From Escherichia phage EO1, in sequence record OQ223305.1: a stretch of 64,000 nt of DNA; one strand, written 5' to 3'. This document shows positions 1-9,297 of this stretch, in pieces. The stretch's first letter is position 1. Each line of letters opens with the position of its first letter. The notes below the pieces were generated by a model. The model saw only the letters and a program-made list of their open reading frames with translations. It did no database searches and was not told the DNA's origin. Made by a program: the position numbers and the translations under genes.

Positions 1-5
1 TAATT

Positions 6-35
6 GTTTACTTTTATTGGAAATTGAGATACTAT
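6..35 (+). promoter_or_regulatory. T4-type early promoter candidate (GTTTAC -35-like / TACTAT -10-like)
   Basis: GTTTAC at 6-11, TACTAT about 18 bp downstream, then GGAG RBS and ATG at 62. Confidence 0.4.
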
Positions 36-61
36 AAACATAAACTACTGAGGAGATTATC

Positions 62-355
62 ATGAAAAAATTTATCTTTGCTGCAATTTTTGCTTTATCT
101 TCTTGTGCTGCTCAGCCTGCTATGGCAGGTTATGATAAAGATTTGTGTGAGTGGTCTATGACTGCAGACCAGACTGAGGTTGAAACTCAAATTGAAGCAG
201 ATATTATGAATATCGTTGAGCGTGATCGTCCTGAAATGAAAGCTGAGGTGCAAAAACAACTTAAGTCTGGTGGTGTAATGCAGTATAATTATGTTCTGTA
301 TTGCGATAAAAACTTTAATAATAAAAATATCATCGCTGAAGTGGTAGGTGAATAA
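62..355 (+). CDS. sp: Spackle-like periplasmic protein (superinfection exclusion), 97 aa
   Basis: 97 aa with N-terminal signal peptide MKKFIFAAIFALSSCAAQPAMA; sits upstream of the gene 61 cluster as T4 sp does. Confidence 0.6.
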   Translation: MKKFIFAAIFALSSCAAQPAMAGYDKDLCEWSMTADQTEVETQIEADIMNIVERDRPEMKAEVQKQLKSGGVMQYNYVLYCDKNFNNKNIIAEVVGE

Positions 356-981
356 TGCTCTATCAAATGCACAAGTGTAAAGATACATACAAATATAAAG
401 GTGCCCAGTGTTATATCATTAATCGTGAAAACGCGGGTCCGGGTCATTCACATCAATCACGGTTTGTATTCGTTAAAAACAATGAAATTATAGCAGTTGC
501 TAATTATATGCTTGTGACTAATGATGTTAATCCGGTGCCTTTTACATATTATAATCTAATGGATTTGGCGTACGATTATAATTGGTTTAATCATGATAAT
601 TTGGCTCATATTGAAGGCGTAGGATTTGACATCTCTTATTCTAGTTACTCGTTATGTCCTATAAGCAGAGCTCATAAAGAGCCTGAATATTTTTCATTTC
701 GTCGGCGTGTAGATTTTAAACACAGCACAGAGTATGTCGGTGGAATCTTTGTTAAAGATGATCGAATTACTCGCATTATTTATCCTTTGGGCTGTGGTCA
801 AAAAGATATTGATGTTGATTTAGACTTTACTGAAAACATCATTAATCATATTGCTTCTGTGTATTTTGATATTGATCACAAAATTGTAATATGTGGATAT
901 GAATTACCATCAGAAAAACAGTCTAAAGTAGATGTTTCTATTGATGACCAAATTTTTAATGCTTTTATGAATAGAGGTTAA
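355..981 (+). CDS. hypothetical protein, 208 aa (T4 61.2 position)
   Basis: ORF in track; TAATG start/stop overlap with sp; synteny only. Confidence 0.55.
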   Translation: MLYQMHKCKDTYKYKGAQCYIINRENAGPGHSHQSRFVFVKNNEIIAVANYMLVTNDVNPVPFTYYNLMDLAYDYNWFNHDNLAHIEGVGFDISYSSYSLCPISRAHKEPEYFSFRRRVDFKHSTEYVGGIFVKDDRITRIIYPLGCGQKDIDVDLDFTENIINHIASVYFDIDHKIVICGYELPSEKQSKVDVSIDDQIFNAFMNRG

Positions 982-982
982 T

Positions 983-1147
983 ATGAAAACATATAAAGAA
1001 TTTATTAAAGAAGATATGGTAGCTGGAGATTCAGGTGGTAATCCTGAAAATATCTCCACTGGAACAACGTCAGGTGCTGTAGTAAATAAAGGTCCTGAAC
1101 AGATTCCTAAAAAGAAAAAAGAGGAATCTAAAGAAAAAGAAGAGTAA
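983..1147 (+). CDS. small hypothetical protein, 54 aa (T4 61.1 position)
   Basis: hand-translated ORF MKTYKEFIKEDM...KKKKEESKEKEE; ATG 2 nt after upstream stop; below track size cutoff. Confidence 0.4.
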   Translation: MKTYKEFIKEDMVAGDSGGNPENISTGTTSGAVVNKGPEQIPKKKKEESKEKEE

Positions 1148-1149
1148 AA

Positions 1150-2178
1150 ATGTCATCAATACCTTGGATTGATAATGAGTTTGCATACCGTGCATTGGCT
1201 CATTTACCTAAATTCGCACAAGTAAATAATAGTTCAACTTTTAAATTACGGTTTAGATGTCCTGTTTGTGGAGATTCAAAAACCGACCAAAATAAAGCCC
1301 GTGGATGGTATTATGGCGATAATAATGAAGGAAATATTCATTGTTATAATTGCAACTATCATGCACCAATCGGAATATATTTAAAGGAGTTTGAACCCGA
1401 TTTATATCGTGAGTATATCTTTGAAATAAGAAAAGAAAAAGGTAAAAGTCGTCCAGTAGAAAAACCTAAAGAACTTCCTAAACAACCTGAGAAGAAAATA
1501 ATTAAATCTCTTCCGTCATGTATTAGATTAGATAAACTGGCGGAAGACCATCCAATTATAAAATATGTAAAAGCTCGTTGTATTCCAAAGGATAAATGGA
1601 AATATCTTTGGTTTACAACCGAATGGCCTAAATTAGTTAATAGCATAGCACCGGGAACATACAAAAAGGAAATTTCTGAGCCTCGTCTTGTTATTCCAAT
1701 TTATAATGCTAATGGAAAAGCTGAGTCTTTTCAAGGACGTGCATTAAAGAAAGATGCTCCTCAAAAATATATCACCATTAAAGCTTATCCTGAGGCAACA
1801 AAAATTTACGGTGTTGAACGAGTTAAAGATGGCGATGTATATGTTCTAGAAGGACCTATAGATTCACTTTTTATTGAAAATGGTATAGCTATTACGGGTG
1901 GTCAATTAGACCTAGAAGTTGTTCCATTTAAAGATAGGCGTGTGTGGGTCTTAGATAATGAACCTCGTCATCCTGACACTATTAAGCGAATGACTAAATT
2001 AGTTGATGCAGGAGAAAGGGTTATGTTTTGGGATAAATCTCCCTGGAAATCAAAAGATGTTAATGATATGATTAGAAAGGAAGGTGCAACCCCTGAACAA
2101 ATTATGGAATATATGAAAAATAATATTGCCCAGGGATTGATGGCTAAAATGCGGCTATCTAAATATGCTAAGATTTAA
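1150..2178 (+). CDS. 61: DNA primase gp61
   Basis: 342 aa; zinc ribbon CPVCGDS...HCYNC; TOPRIM-like EGPIDSLF and VLDNEP; N-terminus MSSIPWIDNEFAYRALAHLPKF recognised as T4 gp61. Confidence 0.92.
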   Translation: MSSIPWIDNEFAYRALAHLPKFAQVNNSSTFKLRFRCPVCGDSKTDQNKARGWYYGDNNEGNIHCYNCNYHAPIGIYLKEFEPDLYREYIFEIRKEKGKSRPVEKPKELPKQPEKKIIKSLPSCIRLDKLAEDHPIIKYVKARCIPKDKWKYLWFTTEWPKLVNSIAPGTYKKEISEPRLVIPIYNANGKAESFQGRALKKDAPQKYITIKAYPEATKIYGVERVKDGDVYVLEGPIDSLFIENGIAITGGQLDLEVVPFKDRRVWVLDNEPRHPDTIKRMTKLVDAGERVMFWDKSPWKSKDVNDMIRKEGATPEQIMEYMKNNIAQGLMAKMRLSKYAKI

Positions 2179-2375
2179 ATTAACCCAACTAAAGCAAATG
2201 CTAAATCTACAAATGTATCAAGAGTAACTACTGGAATATTAATACCATGCGCAATTGCAACAGGTGATAGAATAAAGTTCCAGAGTAAAATTCCTACCAT
2301 AGCAGAAATAGTAAAAGCTATACGTTTTTTATTACCTTTTATGGCATTAACAAGTGCCATTAATTTTTGTACCAT
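2175..2375 (-). CDS. small hydrophobic protein, 66 aa, two predicted TM segments
   Basis: minus-strand ORF with perfect SD AAGGAGG 4 nt upstream of ATG; convergent with gene 61 stop. Confidence 0.45.
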   Translation of the reverse strand: MVQKLMALVNAIKGNKKRIAFTISAMVGILLWNFILSPVAIAHGINIPVVTLDTFVDLAFALVGLI

Positions 2376-2448
2376 ATGTCCTCCTTATTGCTTTATATAT
2401 TTATTGTATAATTAATCTACTAACCCATGAATTGAAAGGAAAAATAAC

Positions 2449-2967
2449 ATGCCACATTTCAACGAATGTAGTCAACTGATCGAAGGCGCTGATAAAGCTC
2501 AAAATGAATATTGGGATATTCTCGGTGATGAAAAAGACCCGCTGCAGGTAATGCTTGACATGCAGAAATCTCTGCAAATTCGTTTAGCTAAAGATAAACC
2601 TGAATATAATCGTCATCCTGATGACTTGGCTACTGCCGGTGAAGTTGTTGATTGGTTGCGTAATCAGAAAGATTATATTGACGATGAATTCCGTGAACTT
2701 CTGACTTCTCTTGGTGGTATGAGTAATGGTGAAAAAGACGCATCTGCTGTATGGAAACCTTGGAAGTCGCAGCATGGTGAGCGTCGTGAAACTCTGATTA
2801 CTGATTTGTCTCCGCAAGACCAGTTAGAAATTAAATTTGAAATGATTGATATTCTTCATTTCGTTCTGAATATGTTCCAGGGTCTTGGTCTTACAGCTGA
2901 AGAAATCTTTAAACTTTATTACCTGAAAAATGCTGAAAATTTCGCACGTCAGGACCGAGGTTATTAA
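2449..2967 (+). CDS. 56: dCTP pyrophosphatase (dCTPase) gp56, MazG-like
   Basis: 172 aa; MazG-like acidic motif DDEFRELL; C-terminus YYLKNAENFARQDRGY recognised as T4 gp56. Confidence 0.85.
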   Translation: MPHFNECSQLIEGADKAQNEYWDILGDEKDPLQVMLDMQKSLQIRLAKDKPEYNRHPDDLATAGEVVDWLRNQKDYIDDEFRELLTSLGGMSNGEKDASAVWKPWKSQHGERRETLITDLSPQDQLEIKFEMIDILHFVLNMFQGLGLTAEEIFKLYYLKNAENFARQDRGY

Positions 2968-3107
2968 TGTCTCGTTTAAATAAACGTCAACTCAAAAAGT
3001 TGAATAAGAAAAGGGCGAAAGCCCTTACTGCTTTATTACGTAATGAAATAACTAAAGAAATAGACCAAGAGATTATTGAACAACTCTGGAAAGCCGCTAA
3101 ATTGTAA
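2967..3107 (+). CDS. small basic hypothetical protein, 46 aa
   Basis: hand-translated MSRLNKRQLKKLNKKRAKAL...; TAATG overlap with gene 56 stop; below track cutoff. Confidence 0.35.
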   Translation: MSRLNKRQLKKLNKKRAKALTALLRNEITKEIDQEIIEQLWKAAKL

Positions 3108-3109
3108 GT

Positions 3110-3117
3110 TATAAATA
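3110..3117 (+). promoter_or_regulatory. T4 late promoter (TATAAATA) for soc
   Basis: exact TATAAATA about 32 nt upstream of soc ATG; Soc is a late capsid protein. Confidence 0.6.
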
Positions 3118-3148
3118 CACCTGTAATTAAACAATAAAGGAGTTTATT

Positions 3149-3385
3149 ATGGGTGGTTTCGTTAACATCAAGACCTTTACTCATCCAGCAGGTGAAGGCA
3201 AAGAAGTTAAAGGTATGGAAGTTTCTGTAGCATTTGATGTATATTCAAATGAACACCGTATTGCAGATTCTCATTATCAAATCTTTCCGTCAGAAAAAGC
3301 AGCTTATTCTGATGTAGTTTCCGATGCAGCAACTTGGAAAACTAAGAATGCTGCAATGTTTACGCCTACAGAAATAGGTGGTTAA
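3149..3385 (+). CDS. soc: small outer capsid protein Soc (divergent from T4 Soc)
   Basis: 78 aa; VNIKTF, SVAF and HYQ.FPSEKAAYS segments shared with T4 Soc; AAGGAG RBS. Confidence 0.75.
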   Translation: MGGFVNIKTFTHPAGEGKEVKGMEVSVAFDVYSNEHRIADSHYQIFPSEKAAYSDVVSDAATWKTKNAAMFTPTEIGG

Positions 3386-3392
3386 TAATTCA

Positions 3393-3418
3393 AGGACTCC
3401 CTAGGGAGTCCTTTTTTC
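3393..3418 (+). terminator. rho-independent terminator
   Basis: hairpin AGGACTCCC-TAGG-GAGTCCT followed by TTTTTT. Confidence 0.75.
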
Positions 3419-3427
3419 ATTTTACCG

Positions 3428-3457
3428 GTTTACTTTCCAAAATGAGTATGGTATAAT
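3428..3457 (+). promoter_or_regulatory. T4-type early promoter
   Basis: GTTTAC 3428-3433, 18-bp spacer, TATAAT 3452-3457; ORF starts at 3484. Confidence 0.6.
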
Positions 3458-3483
3458 AAAATTATCTTATAGAGGAGAGCACT

Positions 3484-3690
3484 ATGTTAAATCGTTGGAT
3501 TAAACCAAATGAAGATTTAGATATTATCATTTCACGACATGTAATGAAGAAATATGAACTGCAGCCATGGTCCACAGAAGTTGTTGTGCATTCATTTATG
3601 ATGTACGCAGATGGTTCTGTCGAATTTAATGCAGAGATTCGATATGATTATGGCGAGAAGCAAGTTGAATTCAAGAGAGGTTTTTTGTAG
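3484..3690 (+). CDS. hypothetical protein, 68 aa
   Basis: ORF in track with GGAG RBS downstream of early promoter. Confidence 0.5.
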   Translation: MLNRWIKPNEDLDIIISRHVMKKYELQPWSTEVVVHSFMMYADGSVEFNAEIRYDYGEKQVEFKRGFL

Positions 3691-4022
3691 TGTTTATCTT
3701 TAATTGGTTTAAAAGTTTCTTTACGGATTTTTTCTCTACGACTCCTGGGGAAGGTGTAGTTCCTATTTCAAATGACTACCTTCCTTTAACTGTAGTTGAG
3801 TATGTTTATATGGGAGATGGAACAGTAGAAGCAGTTACTATGACTTATGAAGAAGCCCAAGAATATTATAAAAATCCTTGGCGATGGTCAGTACCTACAT
3901 CTTCTAACGAAGTTAAAAGTTCTAATTCTTCATATGATACAAATGTTCCTGTTCACGTATGGGCAAGTGATTCATGCGGAAGTTCTTGTGATTCTAGTTG
4001 TTCATCTACATCTTGTGATTGA
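3690..4022 (+). CDS. hypothetical protein, 110 aa, Cys/Ser-rich C-terminal tail
   Basis: ORF in track; C-terminus [18 protein letters not shown]. Confidence 0.5.
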   Translation: MFIFNWFKSFFTDFFSTTPGEGVVPISNDYLPLTVVEYVYMGDGTVEAVTMTYEEAQEYYKNPWRWSVPTSSNEVKSSNSSYDTNVPVHVWASDSCGSSCDSSCSSTSCD

Positions 4023-4516
4023 GGAAAATTATGGAAGCAATTTTGTTTGAAATGTTTATTAATAGTATTAGTATGGCGTTTGTCAAGGATGTTCCAATTA
4101 CTGTAGCAGTAATGATTGACAAAAGATATGACAATAGCATGTATCTAGTAGAAGATTTTATTTCAATGCCAGTTCCAGAAGATGTTGAAATAAAACTTAA
4201 AAAGATCGGAATTATTGAAACTGTACAAAATTCTCCATTTACGTCAATTCAAGCATTTACTAAATCTAACTATATTGATGTTGGTGAAGCATTTTATAAC
4301 AATAAACCGCTGTCCTTCTATTCATATGATTCAGTACATGACTGGAAAATAGATAAGGGAAATAAATTCATAATTGCGGAAGAAATTGCGCTATCATATT
4401 TTATTACTTCTTTATGGAATAAATTAACTCCAAATTTGCTAAAAATTCATAAATTTGACGATGCTCCTACTATTGTTTTAGGTAAAATGAATGAAAGTCC
4501 TAAAGAAAATATTTGA
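4019..4516 (+). CDS. hypothetical protein, 165 aa
   Basis: ORF in track; ATGA overlap with upstream ORF. Confidence 0.55.
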   Translation: MRKIMEAILFEMFINSISMAFVKDVPITVAVMIDKRYDNSMYLVEDFISMPVPEDVEIKLKKIGIIETVQNSPFTSIQAFTKSNYIDVGEAFYNNKPLSFYSYDSVHDWKIDKGNKFIIAEEIALSYFITSLWNKLTPNLLKIHKFDDAPTIVLGKMNESPKENI

Positions 4517-4694
4517 ATGGTTTAATCGACCAAACTCAATGTATATTGATGATGGCTGGGTTGAACAAGCAAATAAAGAAATGCAGAATGAATCAGAAGA
4601 GTGGATGAAATCTATGATTAAAGCTGAGCAAGAAAAGAAATTAGAGCGCTCAGCGCTTAAATTGATGAGAGACATCTATGGTGATAAATCATGA
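4491..4694 (+). CDS. hypothetical protein, 67 aa
   Basis: ORF in track; overlaps 3' end of previous ORF. Confidence 0.45.
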   Translation: MKVLKKIFEWFNRPNSMYIDDGWVEQANKEMQNESEEWMKSMIKAEQEKKLERSALKLMRDIYGDKS

Positions 4695-4855
4695 CCAAAG
4701 ATATGACGTTAGAAGAGGCTAAAGCTAAAGCAAATGAAGCCTTAGATTTGCTTCTTAAAATCGGTAGTAAAATGATGGAAGAAAATGAGAAGTATATCCA
4801 GGAAAATAAAATTCCTGACGGTCCATTAGTAGGCAAAAGGAAATCACATGATTGA
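4691..4855 (+). CDS. small hypothetical protein, 54 aa
   Basis: hand-translated [21 protein letters not shown]...; ATGA overlap upstream; below track cutoff. Confidence 0.4.
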   Translation: MTKDMTLEEAKAKANEALDLLLKIGSKMMEENEKYIQENKIPDGPLVGKRKSHD

Positions 4856-5318
4856 AGTAGCAAAATTATATTCAATAGAATTTATGTCTAAAGAAGGTAA
4901 ATCAGTAAATACACTTGATAAAAAGTGCTCATTAATTATTCCTTTAGCAGAAAATCCAGATATTTTAATTAAAAATATAAAAGAAAGAAAATATCCAGAA
5001 AATGTTATTCTAATTATAAAGCATACTGAAGATATTTTGCAGAATACAGATTCACCATTTTCTTCTTCTGAAGCTTTAACTATTAAAGGCTATAAAAGAG
5101 CTCATGAATATGGTCTTTTTGACATGTTTGAAGACGATAAAGTTAAATTAGCGAGTCAACCTTCTAAAAGTAAAACATTCATTATTGAAGATATTAAAGA
5201 TATAAATGCATTTGTTAGGATGGTCTGGGCTCATTTTGATGTTGGACTACGCTGGAGAATGTCCGAAGAAGAAAGAAAGATCATTGAAACTAATCGTAAA
5301 TTTGGTTTTTATCGCTAG
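4848..5318 (+). CDS. hypothetical protein, 156 aa (possibly mrh-like by position)
   Basis: ORF in track; position upstream of modB; no motif recognised. Confidence 0.5.
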   Translation: MIEVAKLYSIEFMSKEGKSVNTLDKKCSLIIPLAENPDILIKNIKERKYPENVILIIKHTEDILQNTDSPFSSSEALTIKGYKRAHEYGLFDMFEDDKVKLASQPSKSKTFIIEDIKDINAFVRMVWAHFDVGLRWRMSEEERKIIETNRKFGFYR

Positions 5319-5326
5319 GAATTAAT

Positions 5327-5509
5327 ATGGATTTATTTGAGATGTTAGAAGATAATCATTCTACGAATATCCAGAATGATTCTAGTGATTATAAAAAAGA
5401 GTACCGTATAGTATTACAGAATTATGGAATTGAAGCCCCAGATGCTCTTCTAGAAGAACTAGCTTCATACCATCTTGACCCTCCGCCTTGGGCTCCCTGG
5501 GCAAAATAA
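5327..5509 (+). CDS. hypothetical protein, 60 aa
   Basis: ORF in track. Confidence 0.4.
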   Translation: MDLFEMLEDNHSTNIQNDSSDYKKEYRIVLQNYGIEAPDALLEELASYHLDPPPWAPWAK

Positions 5510-5520
5510 TTCAAAAAGTT

Positions 5521-5550
5521 GTTTACTTTCCTTTCTAACGATGATATGAT
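5521..5550 (+). promoter_or_regulatory. T4-type early promoter
   Basis: AAAAAGTTGTTTAC with GTTTAC 5521-5526, 18-bp spacer, TATGAT 5545-5550. Confidence 0.55.
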
Positions 5551-5576
5551 AGCTTCTGAAGTATACGGAGGCTATC

Positions 5577-6200
5577 ATGATTATTAATCCTGCAGATGTT
5601 GAACAGTTATCTATAAAAGCTGAAAGCGTTGATTTTCAATATGATATGTATAAAAAAGTCTGTGAAAAATTTACTGACTTTGAGCAGTCTGTTCTTTGGC
5701 AATGTATGGAAGCCAAAAAGAATGAAGCTCTTCATCAGCAGTTGAATAAAATCGTTAAAAAGCATTTAACTAAATCACCTTATCAGCTATATCGTGGTAT
5801 ATCAAAATCGACAAAAGAACTCATTAAAGATTTACAAGTTGGAGAAGTGTTTTCAACGAACAGGGTAGATTCATTTACTACTAGTTTGCACACAGCATGT
5901 GGTTTTTCTTATGTTGAGTATTTCACTGAAATAATATTTCGCTTAAAAACTGATAAAGCTTTTAATTATTCTGACTATATCAGCGATATTATACTTTCTT
6001 CTCCTAATACTGAGTTTAAGTACACGTATGAAGATACTGACGGGTTAGATTCAGAAAGAACTGATAACTTAATGATGATTGTACATGAACAAGAATGGAT
6101 GATTCCAATTGGAAAGTATAGAATAACTTCTATTTCAAAAGAAAAATTACACGATTCATTTGGAACATTTAAAGTTTATGATATTGAGGTAGTTGAATGA
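5577..6200 (+). CDS. modB: mono-ADP-ribosyltransferase, ModB-like
   Basis: 207 aa; R-S-EXE ART triad (YRGIS, FTTSL, EQEWMIP); tandem with paralog; A/B assignment by length only. Confidence 0.65.
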   Translation: MIINPADVEQLSIKAESVDFQYDMYKKVCEKFTDFEQSVLWQCMEAKKNEALHQQLNKIVKKHLTKSPYQLYRGISKSTKELIKDLQVGEVFSTNRVDSFTTSLHTACGFSYVEYFTEIIFRLKTDKAFNYSDYISDIILSSPNTEFKYTYEDTDGLDSERTDNLMMIVHEQEWMIPIGKYRITSISKEKLHDSFGTFKVYDIEVVE

Positions 6201-6799
6201 AATACTCAATAATGCAACTAAAAGATTTTAAAATAAAATCAATGGATGCATCGGTGCGTGCTTCTATTCGTGAAGAATTGCTTTCTGAAGGGTTTAATTT
6301 ATCTGAAATTGAACTTTTAATTCATTGTATTACCAATAAGCCAGATGACCATACTTGGTTAAATGAAATAATCAAATCTCGTTTGGTTCCAAACGATAAA
6401 CCTCTTTGGAGAGGTGTTCCAGTTGAGACTAAACAGGTGTTAAATCAAGGAATTGATATTATTACATTTGATAAAGTAGTATCAGCTTCATATGATAAAA
6501 ATATAGCTCTACATTTTGCTTCTGGATTAGAATACAACACACAAGTTATTTTTGAATTCAAAGCTCCTATGGTGTTTAATTTCCAGGAGTATGCTATAAA
6601 AGCTTTACGTTGTAAAGAATATAGTCCGAGTTTTAAGTTTCCGGATAGCCATCGCTATCGTAATATGGAATTAGTTTCAGATGAACAAGAAGTAATGATA
6701 CCAGCTGGAAGTGTATTTAGAATTGCGGATAGATACGAGTATAAAAAGTATTCAACATACACTATCTATACTCTTGATTTTGAAGGATTTAATCTATAA
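6197..6799 (+). CDS. modA: mono-ADP-ribosyltransferase, ModA-like
   Basis: 200 aa; R-S-EXE triad (WRGVP, SASYD, EQEVMIP); ATGA overlap with modB. Confidence 0.65.
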   Translation: MKYSIMQLKDFKIKSMDASVRASIREELLSEGFNLSEIELLIHCITNKPDDHTWLNEIIKSRLVPNDKPLWRGVPVETKQVLNQGIDIITFDKVVSASYDKNIALHFASGLEYNTQVIFEFKAPMVFNFQEYAIKALRCKEYSPSFKFPDSHRYRNMELVSDEQEVMIPAGSVFRIADRYEYKKYSTYTIYTLDFEGFNL

Positions 6800-6855
6800 T
6801 GGAAGGACTTAGATTCATTATACCATGAAAGTTTTAAAGCATTTTTCATAAAGTT

Positions 6856-6885
6856 GTTTACAAGCTGAAGTAAAAATGTTATAAT
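6856..6885 (+). promoter_or_regulatory. T4-type early promoter
   Basis: GTTTAC 6856-6861, 18-bp spacer, TATAAT 6880-6885. Confidence 0.65.
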
Positions 6886-6915
6886 ATAAGTAGTTAACCC
6901 GTCCGTGAGAAAAAT

Positions 6916-7662
6916 ATGAAACTGTCTAAAAATCAAATTCGTAAAATTACACGTCGTCTAGAGCACACTCAGGCATCTGCTAAAAGACGTTCTAAAGATT
7001 TTAACTTAGACTTCAATTACATTAAGAACATTTTAGATCAGAAAGTTTGCGCTTACTCAGGAGAACCTTTTGATAATCGTATTGAAGGAGAGAAATTATC
7101 ATTAGAACGTTTTGATAATAACGTTGGATACATTAAAGGGAATGTTATTGCAGTAAAGAAAAAGTATAATACATTTCGTTCTGATTATACTTTAGAAGAG
7201 TTGATTGAAAAGCGTGATTTATTTGCTTTGCGAATTGGTCGTTCATCTGCGAAAAAAGTTCATAAACTAAATTTAGATGAAAAGAAATGGGCTAAAATCA
7301 AAAAGACTTATAATCAAATTAAAGCTATACAGAAAAAACGTGAAAACCGAATTGAACACATTTCTCAGCTTTCTAAATCAAAACAAACCTCTGACGTTAA
7401 GCTAACGATTGTATCACTCAAAGCTCGTATTGATGGTTCTCGTATAGCAGAAGGCGCTGAAGTTGTTAAACTGAACGTTCTTCTTAAAGGCTCGGATTGG
7501 AAAATTGTGAAAAAGTTGTCAGAAGCAGAAATGCAATATGATATGTGTGATAAAATTATTCAAGGTGTAGAGCGGTATCAAAATTTGTCTTTTATTGATA
7601 AACTTAAACTGAAAAGAGGATATCCGCTAAATTGTTCAATTTTTAAACTTATCCGAGGATAA
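6916..7662 (+). CDS. srd: Srd-like protein, 248 aa
   Basis: size and position (between modA and dda.1) match T4 srd; identity by synteny. Confidence 0.5.
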   Translation: MKLSKNQIRKITRRLEHTQASAKRRSKDFNLDFNYIKNILDQKVCAYSGEPFDNRIEGEKLSLERFDNNVGYIKGNVIAVKKKYNTFRSDYTLEELIEKRDLFALRIGRSSAKKVHKLNLDEKKWAKIKKTYNQIKAIQKKRENRIEHISQLSKSKQTSDVKLTIVSLKARIDGSRIAEGAEVVKLNVLLKGSDWKIVKKLSEAEMQYDMCDKIIQGVERYQNLSFIDKLKLKRGYPLNCSIFKLIRG

Positions 7663-7663
7663 T

Positions 7664-7975
7664 ATGGTTTATGTATATGCGATAGTTTACCGAGACAAAG
7701 ACGGATTTACGGCGCCAGTTCCGCTTGATGAACATCGTCCTGCTGTGTTTTTTGAAAGAGAGATTGCTGATAGAGTTTTTACTACTCTCAAAGACCAATA
7801 TAAACTAGCTTTAGGTATGGGAATTCCAAGACTAGTTGAGACTCCACGCAAGTTTTGGTTTAATAAAATAGAAGTTAAACATGTTAAGCCTGATGTAGAT
7901 ACACAAAGATTATATCAACGAATTCTAGATACTGGGCGTATTGTTAGTATTCCAATTGCAGGGACTTTCCGATGA
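7664..7975 (+). CDS. hypothetical protein, 103 aa (dda.1 position)
   Basis: ORF in track; overlaps dda start. Confidence 0.55.
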   Translation: MVYVYAIVYRDKDGFTAPVPLDEHRPAVFFEREIADRVFTTLKDQYKLALGMGIPRLVETPRKFWFNKIEVKHVKPDVDTQRLYQRILDTGRIVSIPIAGTFR

Positions 7976-9291
7976 CATTTGATGATTTGACAGAAGGCCA
8001 GAAAAATGCCTTTAACATCGTTATGAGGGCTATTAAAGAAAAGAAACATCATGTAACTATTAATGGACCTGCTGGTACTGGTAAGACTACTCTTACTAAG
8101 TTCATCATTGAAGCTTTAATATCTACGGGTGAAACTGGTATTATTTTAGCAGCTCCTACTCATGCAGCTAAAAAGATTCTTTCAAAACTGTCGGGGAAAG
8201 AAGCGAGTACTATTCACAGTATTCTTAAAATTAACCCAGTTACGTATGAAGAAAACGTTCTTTTTGAACAAAAAGAAGTACCAGATTTAGCTAAATGCAG
8301 GGTATTAATCTGCGACGAAGTGTCAATGTATGATAGAAAGCTCTTCAAAATTTTGCTTTCAACTATCCCACCGTGGTGTACTATAATTGGAATAGGCGAT
8401 AATAAGCAAATTAGACCTGTTGACCCAGGAGAAAATACTGCTTATATCAGTCCATTCTTTACACACAAAGATTTTTATCAGTGTGAACTTACTGAAGTTA
8501 AACGCAGTAATGCTCCTATTATTGATGTAGCTACTGATGTTCGCAACGGTAAGTGGATTTATGATAAAGTTGTTGACGGGCATGGAGTACGTGGATTTAC
8601 TGGTGATACCGCTTTACGTGATTTTATGGTAAATTATTTTTCAATCGTAAAATCATTAGATGATTTGTTTGAAAATCGCGTAATGGCATTTACGAATAAA
8701 TCTGTTGACAAGTTAAATAGCATTATTCGTAAAAAGATTTTTGAAACTGATAAAGATTTTATTGTTGGTGAAATTATTGTAATGCAGGAACCATTAATTA
8801 AAACATATAAAATTGATGGAAAGCCTGTATCAGAAATTATTTTTAATAATGGACAATTAGTTCGTATTATAGAAGCAGAGTATACATCAACATTTGTTAA
8901 AGCTCGTGGTGTTCCTGGAGAATATCTAATTCGTCATTGGGACTTAACAGTAGAAACTTACGGCGATGATGAATATTATCGTGAAAAGATTAAAATAATT
9001 TCATCTGATGAAGAGCTATATAAGTTTAACCTATTTTTAGGTAAAACGGCAGAAACTTATAAAAATTGGAACAAAGGCGGAAAAGCTCCATGGAGTGATT
9101 TTTGGGATGCTAAATCACAGTTCAGTAAAGTGAAAGCACTTCCTGCATCAACATTCCATAAAGCTCAGGGTATGTCTGTAGACCGTGCTTTCATTTATAC
9201 GCCTTGTATTCATTATGCAGATGCTGAATTAGCTCAACAACTTCTTTACGTTGGTGTAACACGTGGTCGTTATGATGTGTTTTATGTGTGA
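7972..9291 (+). CDS. dda: Dda SF1B DNA helicase
   Basis: 439 aa; Walker A GPAGTGKTT; N-terminus MTFDDLTEGQKNAFNIVMRAIKEKKHHVTINGPAGTGKTT recognised as T4 Dda. Confidence 0.93.
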   Translation: MTFDDLTEGQKNAFNIVMRAIKEKKHHVTINGPAGTGKTTLTKFIIEALISTGETGIILAAPTHAAKKILSKLSGKEASTIHSILKINPVTYEENVLFEQKEVPDLAKCRVLICDEVSMYDRKLFKILLSTIPPWCTIIGIGDNKQIRPVDPGENTAYISPFFTHKDFYQCELTEVKRSNAPIIDVATDVRNGKWIYDKVVDGHGVRGFTGDTALRDFMVNYFSIVKSLDDLFENRVMAFTNKSVDKLNSIIRKKIFETDKDFIVGEIIVMQEPLIKTYKIDGKPVSEIIFNNGQLVRIIEAEYTSTFVKARGVPGEYLIRHWDLTVETYGDDEYYREKIKIISSDEELYKFNLFLGKTAETYKNWNKGGKAPWSDFWDAKSQFSKVKALPASTFHKAQGMSVDRAFIYTPCIHYADAELAQQLLYVGVTRGRYDVFYV

Positions 9292-9297
9292 GGCTAT

